Positions 11,229-22,637 are shown, numbered from the stretch's first letter. The stretch: DNA of 64,000 nucleotides from Candidatus Marinacidobacterales bacterium (GCA_965237955.1 OZ250169.1:768001-832000), one strand, 5' to 3'. Numbers and translations: made by a program. Notes: generated by a model not told the origin, from the sequence alone.

Positions 11229-13749
11229 TCAAGCGATCTGGGCCTTCAGATAGTTTACGAACGATGTACATGAAAGTAGAAAGTAACGAGCGTCCGCCGC
11301 AGTGAGTGTTGGTTCGTCGAGCATCGCATGACGGATGCCGTCCGCGTCGCTCGTGTATCCGTACAGCTTAATGAAGCCATCCTTCAGCGCCTCCCCTCTG
11401 TGCCAACCTCCTTGAGACACTTCGCCCCTTGAAATTAGTGTAGAGGGCGGAGGAGGATCATGAATGACTACGTTGATTGAGAGAATGACCCCGGCGGGAT
11501 CGGAAGGAGCCCGTAGGGCGACTGCAGATCGCGCCGGCCGCGATGCGGCAGGGGTCCCGGATCCCGAAGTGAGTGAGCAAGCGAAGCGTCGACGCTTTAC
11601 CGCAGAGTACAAGCTGCGGATAGTGCGCGAGGCCGATGCTTGCAAGGGTGACGGGGATGTTGCGGCTCTTCTGCGTCGAGAGGGACTGTACTCGCCGCAT
11701 CTTTCGAGTTGGCGTCGCCAACGTGACAAGATTGCCAAGGCGGGGTTGACATCGAGGAAGCGAGGACGGAAGGCGAAGGCAGAGGATCCACGGGTCAAGG
11801 AGCTCGAGCGCGAGAACGCGCGATTGAAGCATCGCCTGGCTCGGGTGGAGACGATGCTAGAGATCCAAAAAAAAACCTCCGAACTTCTGGGGATCCCCCT
11901 GAATCCACCAGACAGCGACGAGAACGATTGATGGTGGCGGCCGAGGAGCTGGCGGGACGAATTGGACAGACGGCGGAAGCCTGCGAGGCCCTTGGAATAG
12001 CTCGCTCCACGTTGTATCGCAGGCGCCAGACGGTGACGTCCAATGCGAAACGCCGCCCTCGGTCGCACCGAGCCCTCGATGTGACCGAACGTGAGCTGGT
12101 TCTCGGTGCCTTGCACTCCGAGCGGTTCGTCGACAAGGCGCCCGCTCAGGTGTGGGCCACGCTCCTGGACGAGGGAATCTACTACTGCTCGATCCGCACG
12201 ATGTATCGGATTCTGGCGGAGAACGGAGAGGTCCGAGAGCGCCGGAACCAGCTGCGACATCCGAATTATCAAAAGCCGGAGCTGCTGGCCGAAGCGCCGA
12301 ACCAGGTTTGGTCGTGGGATATCACCAAGCTGCGTGGCCCCGTCAAGTGGACCTACTACTACCTCTACGTGATTCTGGACATCTTCTCCCGTTACGTGAC
12401 CGGGTGGATGTTGGCTCGACGAGAAAGCGCTGAGCTCGCTCGTCGTCTCATCAGCGAGAGCTGCCGCAAACAGAACATCGAACCAGACCAGCTCACCATC
12501 CACGCCGACCGTGGCAGCTCGATGCGAAGCAAGTCCGTAGCTATGCTCCTGGCTGACCTCGGCGTTACCAAGACCCACTCCAGACCTTACGTCTCGAACG
12601 ATAACCCCTACTCCGAGTCCCAGTTCAAGACTCTGAAGTATTGCCCTCAGTTTCCGAGCCGTTTTGGTTCCATCGAAGACGGCCGGCTGTTCTGCGGCGG
12701 CTTCCTCGACTACTACAATCACGAACGCCGGCACGCGGGAATCGGCCTCATGACACCGGCCGCCGTTCACGATGGTCTCGCGGAACAGCTCACCACTGCC
12801 CGGCGCCAAATCCTCCTCGAAGCTCATCGGGCTCATCCCGAACGCTTCGTTCGCGGAATGCCACAGCCCCCCGTTTTGCCTCCTCAGGCCTGGATCAACC
12901 CGCCGCCGGAGAAAACGACGCGCCAGGAGGCCGCCGGAGCCACTTTCTCGAGGTGGTCCACACCTGGGGTACCCCCGGATTCAGGCCAACGCGACCAGAT
13001 CTCGCCGCACGCAGACGGTGACCGCCCCGGGCCCACGAGTCTTACTGCATTGATTGAGGCTCACTAAATGCAGTCCGCGGGTGTCTCAAAGTTGTTGACA
13101 CGTTCCGCTCATGCAGCAATCCATTCTTTTCTATCGCCTTGAGAGCGTCACTCAACGTGGCCTTTGGCTTTTCCGAAACAATTCTGGCCATGCTTTCGAC
13201 TGCCAAGATTGACTCTTTGATTGAGTTCCTATAGTCAGGGTTCTCGCGTTTGGCGTACAGGTCCAATGCCTGTTGTATGTGAGCGCCAACGCCAGCGAAC
13301 CGGGAGTCCGCAAGAACCGTTTCCAGCATTTCGCGTTCTTGGGCATTTGTTATGTCTGTGATGTGTCCAGACACAAAGCGGTATCCTGACAACTCCCGCT
13401 CAAGAGTACGGTTGAAGGATTCGAGTTGCAGTTCGGATTTGAAGTACCCAACAACAAATTCGAGAAAGTCGTACACTTCAAACCACTCGCACCCAAAAAA
13501 ATGCTCTCGAATGTGTGCCAGAATTAGGTCGTTATCCTTGGGCCTCGAATCAATTGGTTTCTTGAAGAAGTCAGACCACAATGCTTCGCTGAATAATTCT
13601 ATTAAGCCGTGGTTCAGGGACTGATCCTGGAGCCATAGCTCCACGGTGAGTGTGTTCCAGAGAGAATTCCGTAGTTCGGAATTCATCGAGTCAATCTGGA
13701 TGACTTCCGAGACCGGCTTGAGTCCCTTCCGATGACTGAATGGCTTCAT
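11229..13749 (-). pseudogene. AbiJ N-terminal domain 4 / HEPN-like defence protein interrupted by an IS3-like element
   Basis: MKPFSHRKG..LRNSLWN..WFEVYDFLE..SGYRF; removing the IS restores LLH-E-ALKDGFIKLYGYTSDADGIRHA. Confidence 0.8.
11394..13107 (+). mobile_element. IS3-family-like element (orfA 11464-11931, orfB 11928-13067)
   Basis: WSWDITK, IHADRG and NDNPYSES motifs; A9 frameshift tract near 11867; 20-bp imperfect IR at 11401/13100; 3-bp DR CTC. Confidence 0.9.
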
Positions 13750-13992
13750 TTTCGCAACAGATTCTCTCAGGTCCAGGCGGCGCGCGTTGGCGACGATCTC
13801 GTTGCCATGAAACGCCTCGTGTCGACCACCGCACGCCGTCGTGTCCGAAAATACGAACGGAGCCGGAAAACTCGAATCCTAGAGGCGTTCTCAAAATTCG
13901 CAGAGACCAGCCGACGTGGCACTGGCTCTGTGATAGGCGCTCCCGAGCAGACCTCTTATTCTAGCTCCCATTGCCAACCAAGCCTAGACACC

Positions 13993-14301
13993 TGTGCCTT
14001 CTATTTATTCATCCGGGCGCCCCAAACTTGATTAGTCTCCGGTCTGCCGGCACCATGCCTGCTTGATTTCGTCGTTTGTTCGCGCTCTCATCTCCGCCTT
14101 CAAGGCTCGTCGCGAGCTGGCTCTCGACAATGTCGCTCTTCGGCAGCAGCTCGCCGTCCTCCGCCGTTCGGTGAAACGGCCGCGGCTCGCGAACGTCGAC
14201 CGCGGGTTTTGGGTAACTGTAGAGCCTAAGGGCCCTTGGCCCAGTCGCTAAGCTGCTGATTCATGGTCTATTTCAAAAGGGCTGAGTTTTGGCACAGGAC
14301 G
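13993..14301 (+). mobile_element. 309-bp rve-family MITE, copy 2
   Basis: Near-identical to 4103-4411. Confidence 0.85.
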
Positions 14302-14554
14302 GGGGTGAAGTCAGTCAAAGAGGAATGTCTCTCGAAGCTCATCCTGTTCGGCGAGAAGTCGCTCCGTCATGCGCTTAGGGAGTACGTCGTCTACTATCAC
14401 CACGAGAGGAATCATCAAGGCAAGGAGAATCTACTGCTGTTCCCAGCCAGCGACCAGTTACCTCAGTCCGAGCGCAAGGTGTGCTCCCGTGAACGGCTTG
14501 GCGGGTTGCTACGTTTCTACCATCGGGAAGCCGCATGAGTATTTTGACCTCACG
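14302..14554 (+). pseudogene. rve transposase 3' fragment with terminus ...TATTTTGACCTCACG
   Basis: VKSVKEECL..HERNHQG..RERLGGLLRFYHREAA. Confidence 0.8.
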
Positions 14555-14640
14555 GAGTGATCAGACTTACCGAATTGTCTGGTCGGGTGGCGTCAATCCG
14601 CTGCTCAATTACATCAGCCATGCTTTATCGCACTTTCCCC

Positions 14641-15028
14641 TTAGTGCCGAACTACTACGTTCGCCGTCCAGTTCGCAGAGCCAAACCACTCGGCCGTAAA
14701 CTGAGCCGCTTCATCCGTCGAATTTCTTGCACGAGAAGATATTGATGTAGGCGGACTTCATCAAATCGAGCGTGTGAATCACAATTGTGCTCGTGAGAAT
14801 GAATTGGACGGCGCTGGTTCCCTTCGTCTTGGGATCAGTTTGCTGGTCTTCGTTGGGCACACCGAGATCATCCCAAAAATAGAGATCGCAGCATTCCATG
14901 TCGATTACTTCACAAAGCTCTGAACAACACCGTTCAATATCAGCGCGTGTAAACGTGCTTGAGTCGCAGTCGTGCAAATCTAAAATGAGTTCCAATCCGT
15001 AATGATCTGTTTGTACGGTTGTTGTCAT
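14641..15028 (-). pseudogene. Second SpeD/AdoMetDC-like gene, frameshifted near 14715
   Basis: Clear paralog of 5735-6163; C-terminus DEAAQFTAEWFGSANWTANVVVRH* continues in another frame to TAA at 14641. Confidence 0.75.
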
Positions 15029-15210
15029 CGGCTCCGCACCAAGAAACTGTCTAACAGCCCGTCGCGAAAGTCATCCAGCAGCGAAAAATAGAGGCTGTCA
15101 CCAATTCGCCGCCCCCCCGGTCATAGCCTTAGAAACAAAGTGCTTGGACTGAAGCGAATTGTCTGGCTGTATCCGTTTTTTTTGCGACGTATACTTCCAT
15201 CAGAGGCTTA

Positions 15211-16056
15211 CTAACCCTCTCCGTGTGCAAGATCGAACAGCGGAGTGTATCGCGACAATGACTTCTTGAGGGCAAAGCGTCGAGCCAATGCAAACGTCAA
15301 AGCGCCAGAACGAACCTCCTCCAAGTACTGCCACTTCTTTGGGACATCGGGGCTGTTAGCGCCCAAGCATGTCACGTACATATGTACAGCATTCTCTGTG
15401 TCTTCGATAGCCTTCAACCTGTCTTTGATCAGCGCTTCACGGATATTCAAACCCAAAATGCGAATAAACACCTTGCCTCTTTCTGATTTTTCTCTGAGTA
15501 TTCCCGTCTCATCTATAGAGAGATGTTCAGCCGGTTCATCCACCAGCGGATTTAACAGGAGTGGTTGCTCATTCACCTCACCTCCCGGTTCGGTCGCATG
15601 TTTTCCATCCACCGGGAACCGCGCCCCCTTTCCTACTGGGACGCCTCCGTGCTTCTTCGCGTTGATTCGGTTGCAGTCGATGCACGCATAAAGGAGATTT
15701 GACCACTCGTACGTTAGCCAGTAATAGCCCGGATGAGGAACCTCCTCTCCACCGTTCGAATCTACCATAACGGGACTTTGATCTTCGTGAGTCACCTTGC
15801 CCTTTGGCCGATAGTGCTCAATGTCGCCTGGTTGGGTGCTCTCGATTCGACCCTCGCAGTACGCACACTTGCCAAAAAATGGCGGTCCATCGTGCTTGTA
15901 AACCGCCGTCATGCGGGAATCCTTGTACAGATTAATGAGTTGGGCATCTTCACCGTTCCGGACTCGTTCAATCACAGCATCACGTTCCAACTGGCACTCA
16001 TTACACCACTCTTTCCAATCGTCGGAATCCGGTTCCACTAATTCCAGCTTAATCAC
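15211..16056 (-). CDS. HNH endonuclease, PtuB/retron-effector-like
   Basis: CAYCE..DIEHYRPK..YYWLTYEWSNLLYACIDCN..KGARFP..LLLNP. Confidence 0.85.
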   Translation of the reverse strand: MIKLELVEPDSDDWKEWCNECQLERDAVIERVRNGEDAQLINLYKDSRMTAVYKHDGPPFFGKCAYCEGRIESTQPGDIEHYRPKGKVTHEDQSPVMVDSNGGEEVPHPGYYWLTYEWSNLLYACIDCNRINAKKHGGVPVGKGARFPVDGKHATEPGGEVNEQPLLLNPLVDEPAEHLSIDETGILREKSERGKVFIRILGLNIREALIKDRLKAIEDTENAVHMYVTCLGANSPDVPKKWQYLEEVRSGALTFALARRFALKKSLSRYTPLFDLAHGEG

Positions 16057-17378
16057 GAATCGCCTTCATCAAATATCTCGGTGAGCTGTCTCCTCGCTTC
16101 GAGATCCAAAGCCTCCAGCGTCACGTTGCCACTCGTAATTGCGTCGGCAGCCAGTCTCTCTAATGTCTCTCGTACCGCCTTGCGAACGTACGCCTGAAGG
16201 GTGCTCTCGTTTTGGCTGAATGTGTCCACGAGTCCATCATGCAGCCCTTGAAGTTCTTGTTCTTCCTCTGGTGTGCGCTGGCGCTTGCTTGACAGGTCGG
16301 AATAGCGCCCCACATCTTGTGTGACCTGATCACTGGTCGTGGATACAAGACCGAACAAGTGAGAGGTCAGTACCTGGTCTGCGCGGAGATTGCGAGGGGG
16401 ATACAAGTCCTTCCGCACGGTGAGGTTCGATCCCGACAGCTCCAACAGTATGAGCTGACACAGCTCGTCAGCTAGAGCTGACGAGCCAATAGCCACTAAA
16501 GGTGCGTGTGTTGTCGTGATGAATTGAATGCCAGGAAACTCCTTGGCAAGTCGGCCGATGATTACCCTTTGCCAGTAGGGATGCAGATGTTTTTCAAGTT
16601 CATCTATTAGTACTATTCCTTCAATTCGTGTCGCGAATTTATTTTGCCTGCTAAGAAGTGACCATCCAAGTAGGTCACAGACCCACGCAATTGTGGCGAC
16701 GTATCCGTCACCCAATGCCCCGAGTGGTACGAACTCTCCCCACGGCCCACGAACTTTAAGACCGGAAGAATTTAGAGTTGTCGCTCCGGGAGGCAAGTTC
16801 AAAACACGATCGACGAGCGTGAGCAGTTCGTCTTGTGAGGTCTCCGCGTTACGTAGAATCCGATACAGTGCAGTTTCTGGATTCTGAAGGCGCGAGTCGT
16901 AGTTGAAGAGAGAATAAACAGCGTCGACTACGCGATATTTTTCATATACTTCGTTTCCCACAGATCGGACGGCTGCGCCGTATCCGCAAGCAAACAATTG
17001 TGACCGCGGGATGCCATTGGATTCGGCCTCCTGCTTAACATCTTCATTTCCATCATCGTTTTTTCTGAAAGTCGTTGTAATCGTATAGGCTATGCCTGGG
17101 TCCGTGCTGGAAAAGAGTTTGATCTCAATGATGGCTTCGCTGGAGCCCGTCCGGATGATTTCTCCAGACATTTCCGTTAGGAGGCCGGATGCTCCGGTTT
17201 CGTCGCAAAGCCCCATCGCAATCGCACGGAGAAGGCTCGTCTTACCGGTACCGTTGTCACCGAGAATTAAGGTCCAGCTTGCTTGCTCTTGGTCTTGCGA
17301 CGGAGGGACCAGGTCGATCACCGTTTCCCCTTGGAAACATCGCACATCAACTAGTCGTATGCTGGATATGTAGAGCAT
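16053..17378 (-). CDS. ABC/AAA_21-type ATPase, PtuA-like
   Basis: GDNGTGKT, LGDGY, VLIDELEKHLHP and QFITTTHAP motifs; coupled to the HNH gene. Confidence 0.85.
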   Translation of the reverse strand: MLYISSIRLVDVRCFQGETVIDLVPPSQDQEQASWTLILGDNGTGKTSLLRAIAMGLCDETGASGLLTEMSGEIIRTGSSEAIIEIKLFSSTDPGIAYTITTTFRKNDDGNEDVKQEAESNGIPRSQLFACGYGAAVRSVGNEVYEKYRVVDAVYSLFNYDSRLQNPETALYRILRNAETSQDELLTLVDRVLNLPPGATTLNSSGLKVRGPWGEFVPLGALGDGYVATIAWVCDLLGWSLLSRQNKFATRIEGIVLIDELEKHLHPYWQRVIIGRLAKEFPGIQFITTTHAPLVAIGSSALADELCQLILLELSGSNLTVRKDLYPPRNLRADQVLTSHLFGLVSTTSDQVTQDVGRYSDLSSKRQRTPEEEQELQGLHDGLVDTFSQNESTLQAYVRKAVRETLERLAADAITSGNVTLEALDLEARRQLTEIFDEGDS

Positions 17379-17426
17379 GCTTCGTCTCGCTTTGTTGCTT
17401 AATAGAGTCCGATCCCCTCCTGCAGA

Positions 17427-18140
17427 TTATAGAGCAGAAAACCCAGAGGCCAAAGGCTGTGATCCGCAAAAAGAAACTCGCGTATCGACGTGGGGATTGC
17501 AGTTCGGAGATTTTGTCGAAATCGGGACGATGTCCACGTCGTTTTCCTTCAGGACTTCTCGAAACTCTGTTGTGTATTTCGAATCTCGGTCGGTGATGAG
17601 GTGCGAGTAGCCTCGGAGAAAGCTGTCGTCGAACGCGGCAAGGTCGAGCGCTACTTGTTTCATGAAGACTCGGTCCGGGGTGAACTTCTGGTCGCGGTCC
17701 AAGATGAGCAATCGCTTGCCACGCAGAAAGCGCTCGAGCGGGTCGGTGAGATTCCGACCGACCTGCATCATGAACGCGCCGTCCGGCCTGGGAGTGATTC
17801 CGGCAATGTGCACTTTTCGCGAAGACAGCTCGATGACGACGAGCACATAGTAGGTCACGAGCCTGCGGACCGTGGCGACCTCGACGGTGAAAAAGTCGGT
17901 CGCAGCAATGGTTTCCCAATGGGCGGTGAGAAACGTGCGCCACGGTGTCCGTTCACCTCTCTCCGGCGCAGGCTCGATACCGTGTTCTCGCAGAATATTG
18001 GCGATGGTGCTCCTGGCTACCGTATGGCGGAGATTCGAGAGGGCACCGCGAATGCGTGTATACCTGTCCCTTCCATAAACTCGAGCTTGCATGAGATTGG
18101 CGAACTGCCCGCAACCAGGACGCTTTGGTCGTCTTCATGT
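17427..18140 (-). pseudogene. Degraded rve transposase
   Basis: GIEPAPER, ATDFFTVEV, and duplicated DRD segments in shifting frames. Confidence 0.8.
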
Positions 18141-18579
18141 AGGACGTTTTTAGAGCCGGCGTCGGCTCTACTCAGGGGTAGAGGTGTAAGCTGGTGCGAA
18201 GTCCCACAGCCATTCCGAGCAGGTCGGACTCAAGCAGCGCTTCGAGTGTAATAATGATGGAGACCACCGACCTTTGGAATGGCACTGACTTTGCCCATCG
18301 CCGGTGACTCTACCCCGTCCTGTGCCAAAACTCGGCCCTTTTGAAATAGACTACAAATCAGCAGCTTAGACGCCCTTGGAATCCGCGCAGAATCGAGTGT
18401 ATTTCGCGCCGCAGGGCTGGCTTCCGACCCCTGAGCTGCGGGTGGCGAGCGACAGGCCCACCGGGGGTGCGCACGGCTGGCTCAAATCGGCTGCGGGGCG
18501 AGCTACGGGCAGTGAACTTCGCACCCGGAAGTCCCTCATTAGACTGGACTTTATCGAGCACAAGAGCGAACGTTCGGTG

Positions 18580-19011
18580 ATGCCGCAGGATACAGGGGTT
18601 GGCCGGAACGTCGTTTTGGACGGTTTGGACTTCGCCAGCTTACGGCGGGTCTGGGAGCAGACCTTTGGGGCTGCTCCTCCAAGCTCGCTCTCGCGTGTTT
18701 TCCTGCGCCGCGTTCTCTTGCACGAACGCCAGTGCCGGACCCATGGCGGGCTTTCGGCCGCAACCCGGCGCGCTCTGGCTGCCATGGCGAACGAGACACC
18801 AAGCTCCGGCGCTCCCGCAGGGTCCGTTTCTGCCGGCACCCATCTCGTCCGCGAGTGGAATGGCCGGACCTACCAGGTCGAGGTACTCGACAACGGCTAT
18901 CGGTTCGATGGCAAAACCTATCCGTCCCTCACTACCATCGCAAAGCGAATCACCGGCACCCACTGGTCAGGACCACGCTTTTTCGGTCTCACGCCCAAGC
19001 GCAAGGCCTAA
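18580..19011 (+). CDS. DUF2924 domain protein
   Basis: GTHLVREWNG..YPSLTTIAKRITGTHWSGPRFFGL. Confidence 0.85.
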   Translation: MPQDTGVGRNVVLDGLDFASLRRVWEQTFGAAPPSSLSRVFLRRVLLHERQCRTHGGLSAATRRALAAMANETPSSGAPAGSVSAGTHLVREWNGRTYQVEVLDNGYRFDGKTYPSLTTIAKRITGTHWSGPRFFGLTPKRKA

Positions 19012-19012
19012 C

Positions 19013-20674
19013 ATGAAGAAGATCCGCTGTGCCATCTATACGCGAAAGAGTGCGGAAGAGGGTCTCGAACAGGAGTTCAACTCCCTCGATGCGCAGCGAG
19101 AAGCCTGCGCCGCGTATGTCGCGAGCCAGAAAGCGGAGGGCTGGGTGCTGCTGCCAACCGTCTACGAGGACGCGGGGCTCTCGGGAGGAACCCTGGAGCG
19201 CCCGGGCCTCCAGCGCTTGCTCGCCGACATCGACGCAGGTCTCGTCGACCAGATTGTGGTCTACAAGGTCGACCGGCTGACCCGTTCCCTCTCCGACTTT
19301 GCGAAGCTCGTCGAGCGGCTCGAGGCGGCCGGCGCGGTTTTCGTCTCGGTGACTCAGTCCTTCAACACCGCGACCAGCATGGGACGACTGACGCTGCATA
19401 TGCTGCTGTCCTTCGCACAATTCGAGCGGGAGGTCACGGCCGAGCGGATCCGCGATAAGGTCGCTGCCTCCAAGCGCAAGGGACTATGGATGGGCGGCCG
19501 CGTACCGCTAGGCTATGAGAAGGACGAGCGCACGCTGCGCATCAACGAGGCTGAGGCCGAAACGGTCCGGACGCTCTATGCGCTGTACCGGAAGCACGGA
19601 ACGCTCCGGCAGGTGAAGGCCGACGCGGACCGTCTGAGACTGCGCACCAAGCAACGCTTCGCCGCGGATGGAACCCGGACAGGCGGGCTGCCGTTCCGTC
19701 GCGGACACCTTCACTGCCTACTGACCAATCCTCTCTACGCCGGCCGCATCCGGCACCAGAGGTGTGTCTACGAGGGCCAGCATCCATCGATCATTGCTCC
19801 GGAGCTCTGGGACGCGGTCCAGGCGCAGCTGCAGGCAGGGGCTGCCAAACCAAGGAGACGCACGACGAAGGGCCGTGCAGCCCGTTCCCCACTGGCAGGC
19901 AAGCTCTTCGACGAGACCGGGGACCGGCTGACGCCGAGCCACACCAAAAAGAAAAACGGGCAACGGCTCCGCTACTACGTCTCCCGGCGCCTCATCCAGC
20001 ACAGTGGCCAAAAGGACCTCTCCGGCTGGCGACTGCCCGCCCCGATGCTGGAACAGACCGTCTTGCATCTCATCCGACAGCATGTGGATGCCACGACCTT
20101 CTCGGCCTCGTTGATCCACACTCCGACGATGCAAGAGCTCGCCTCGGTGCGTCGCTTTTTAGACGGGCTGTGTTCCGGTACTAATGATGATAGTGCCTCG
20201 GCAGCCCCCCTGCTCCGTCTTATCCGGCGGGTCGACATCAGCCCCGGCTCTGTGTCCATCCTGCTCGACCGCAATACGTTCGCTGCTTGCCTCTCTATGG
20301 GACCCGAACGCATTCGCGAGGATGCACTCCGCATCCACGCACCGTTCCGCTTGCGTCGACGCGGCGTCGAGACCAAGCTCGTTCTGGGCAACCCCACGAA
20401 ATCCGTCGACCGCACACTCCTGCGCAATATCGCCAACGCCCTCTCCTGGCTCAACCGAATCAAAGCAGGCAAAACCTATGAGCAGATTGCCACCGAAAAC
20501 GCCATCCCAACGGACCGCGTGCGCAAGGCAATCCGTTATGCCTTCCTGGCTCCCGACATCGTCCGCGCCATTGTCGAAGGCCGCCAGCCCGTTGGGCTGA
20601 CCTCGAGCTACCTCTTGAATCATCCGCTTCCCGACGATTGGGAGAAACAGCGAGTGCTCGTCAAAACGCTGTGA
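19013..20674 (+). CDS. Large serine recombinase (resolvase plus recombinase domains)
   Basis: CAIYTRKS catalytic Ser motif, VYKVDRLTRS, FAQFERE, GGRVPLGY. Confidence 0.9.
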   Translation: MKKIRCAIYTRKSAEEGLEQEFNSLDAQREACAAYVASQKAEGWVLLPTVYEDAGLSGGTLERPGLQRLLADIDAGLVDQIVVYKVDRLTRSLSDFAKLVERLEAAGAVFVSVTQSFNTATSMGRLTLHMLLSFAQFEREVTAERIRDKVAASKRKGLWMGGRVPLGYEKDERTLRINEAEAETVRTLYALYRKHGTLRQVKADADRLRLRTKQRFAADGTRTGGLPFRRGHLHCLLTNPLYAGRIRHQRCVYEGQHPSIIAPELWDAVQAQLQAGAAKPRRRTTKGRAARSPLAGKLFDETGDRLTPSHTKKKNGQRLRYYVSRRLIQHSGQKDLSGWRLPAPMLEQTVLHLIRQHVDATTFSASLIHTPTMQELASVRRFLDGLCSGTNDDSASAAPLLRLIRRVDISPGSVSILLDRNTFAACLSMGPERIREDALRIHAPFRLRRRGVETKLVLGNPTKSVDRTLLRNIANALSWLNRIKAGKTYEQIATENAIPTDRVRKAIRYAFLAPDIVRAIVEGRQPVGLTSSYLLNHPLPDDWEKQRVLVKTL

Positions 20675-21505
20675 GCCTGCCAGCGCCCACTTCGTGAATG
20701 GGCTCGGTTAGCAGCAAGCTGCTCTCCGACACTGGCCTCCACCAATCAGACTCAAACTGGCCCAAATTCCCTGTCATGGTTTCCAGACTCGGATAGCTCC
20801 TTGTACTGGACCGTCTGCGGAGTCATCTTCGTTTCCTCCGTAAAACTCCGCTGGATGAATTCGAGGTTTGGCCAATTCGAATTCCGCTATTCGCCCTCTC
20901 CTCAGGCGCGATCTAGGCATTGAGCGTCTTCTCATTGTCTGCGCGATTAAGTGCAAAAAACGACACCATAAGCCCTAAAATCGCACGAAATTGCATGCTA
21001 AGGGCCTCTTTTGCTCTGTTTCTGATCGTTTTCAGCCTAGAACCAGAAGCTCCAGTCGCCCCCACTCGAGCCTGCCGACTGCGATAGCCGGAAAGGTGTC
21101 CCGTCGACGAACATTCGCTGATGAGACGTAAAGCCTTTTATAACAATAAGTAACGGCCGTAGGTGCCTCCGGAGGGTTTACGACACGGCCCTCTTTCAGG
21201 CGTCCAGGAGGTTGAGATTGCCGTATAGAAAATTTAATTGAAGCAAATTCAATTCCGGCTCGAACGACCACCCGTCGATGATGCGTGCGGGGACCAGCAC
21301 GTGACGGAGGCCGTTAAATCGCTGTAGGGGAAGAGGATAGAAGGAAATGGGCACCAAGGTTGAAACCCGAGAGCACGTAAAACAGCCTTCTCCCGAAACC
21401 TGTGTACGCATCAAAAAACTCAAGAAATGCGCGAAACTCGAAACCTCCTGAATCTCCACTGGCTTTTCTGTTTGAGGATTTCCGCCAAAAGCTGGACCAC
21501 TTTTT

Positions 21506-21833
21506 GCCGAGACCGGATAGCTCCAACCTGCACCATCCGCCACCCAGTCTGGCCAATTGTGGCACTGCAGAGACGGATGAGATTTTCCGCGCGGTTGGCG
21601 GGGTTTTGCAAGGGTAGGTGGCACCAGAGACGCGCTAGAAGGGCGGAACGGGCCTCATTTTCGGTATTCGTCTCTAATTCCGATTTTCGAGTGCCACGTT
21701 TGCGCTAAAGGGGAGAACGGGCGCTGACCGGGCCGTGCGGCGGCGGAAAAGAGGCCACCCGAGAAGCCCAGAATCGAGGCCGGGGATACCGCAGCGTAGC
21801 TCGCCTAGCACGTTCTGGTCCAAGGTGCGGCCC
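21506..21833 (+). repeat. About 330-bp non-coding repeat, copy 1 (others at about 42731-43053 and 47840-48170; partial inverted copy near 37116)
   Basis: Shared GAGACCGGATAGCTCCAA..CATCCGCCACCCAGTC..GTGGCACTGCAGAGACGG..GTGCCACGTTTGCGC. Confidence 0.85.
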
Positions 21834-22286
21834 TGGCCTACTGGATTTCCATCTTGCCCCAGGCCCGGATCCAGGGTCTTCGCCCGGGAGCATGGAAGCC
21901 CGGCTCGGAGCACACGGTTCTCCTCTTGCAGGTAGTCGATCACATCCTGCTGCTGGCGGTTGACCCAGCCAGCTAGAACGAGCACTAGGAATTGCACGTG
22001 GTACGTCATCATGGATCTGAAGATAACACCCTCGGGCCAGACGATTGTAAAGCCTACGGCCCTTGGCCCCGGCGCAAACACAGACACTAAGCTGCTGATT
22101 TATGGCCTATTTCAAAAGGGCCGAGTTTTGGCACAGGACGGGGTATCCATATCTATCGCTCAACGTGGGGGTGGCGACTGAGTTGACTCCTTTTAAGTCG
22201 GGCAGTTCACCAGGCGCGCGCTGGAGCGCCTGGCAACTGCTTCAAACCTAGAAGGCGGAAATGGCCCGTTTCCCGTTCATCAAGGG

Positions 22287-22595
22287 TGTGCCTTCTATTT
22301 ATTCATCCGGGCGCCCCAAACTCGATTAGTCTCCGGTCTGCCGGCACCATGCCTGCTTGATTTCGTCGTTTGTTCGCGCTCTCATCTCCGCCTTCAAGGC
22401 TCGTCGCGAGCTGGCTCTCGACAATGTCGCTCTTCGGCAGCAGCTCGCCGTCCTCCGCCGTTCGGTGAAGCGGCCGCGGCTCTCGAACGTCGACCGCGGG
22501 TTTTGGGTAACTGTAGAGCCTAAGGGCCCTTGGCCCAGTCGCTAAGCTGCTGATTTATGGTCTATTTCAAAAGGGCTGAGTTTTGGCACAGGACG
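22287..22595 (+). mobile_element. 309-bp rve-family MITE, copy 3
   Basis: Near-identical to 4103-4411. Confidence 0.85.
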
Positions 22596-22602
22596 GGGAA
22601 CG

Positions 22603-22637
22603 AAAAAAGACCGGGCCGCCTGAGCGACCCGGGCTCT
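22603..22637 (-). terminator. Probable intrinsic terminator of groEL
   Basis: GC-rich imperfect hairpin followed by a T-tract on the minus strand. Confidence 0.55.

Larger units (their letters stand above)
18316..22140. mobile_element. rve-family transposon with about 53-bp terminal IRs, carrying DUF2924, a serine recombinase and a transposase 5' remnant
   Basis: IRs at 18316-18369 and 22087-22140; minus-strand remnant LAGWVNRQQQDVIDYLQEENRVLR at about 21900-22010. Confidence 0.75.

Noticed and set aside
11229-12836. 535-aa minus-strand ORF, and other long antisense ORFs over IS elements, groEL, pyk and BREX
   Set aside because: Shadow frames of GC-rich genes; only the last 53 or so codons of this ORF are real (AbiJ C-terminus)
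15211-17430. Retron type I-A
   Set aside because: No reverse transcriptase or msr-msd is recognisable; the upstream DNA is a transposase remnant
21520-21546. tRNA gene
   Set aside because: Only a 3'-end-like TCCGCCA; no T-loop GTTCGA or cloverleaf
22200-22242. Hairpin in the 146-bp spacer between two rve ends
   Set aside because: Single copy with no recognisable family; insufficient support for an ncRNA or attC
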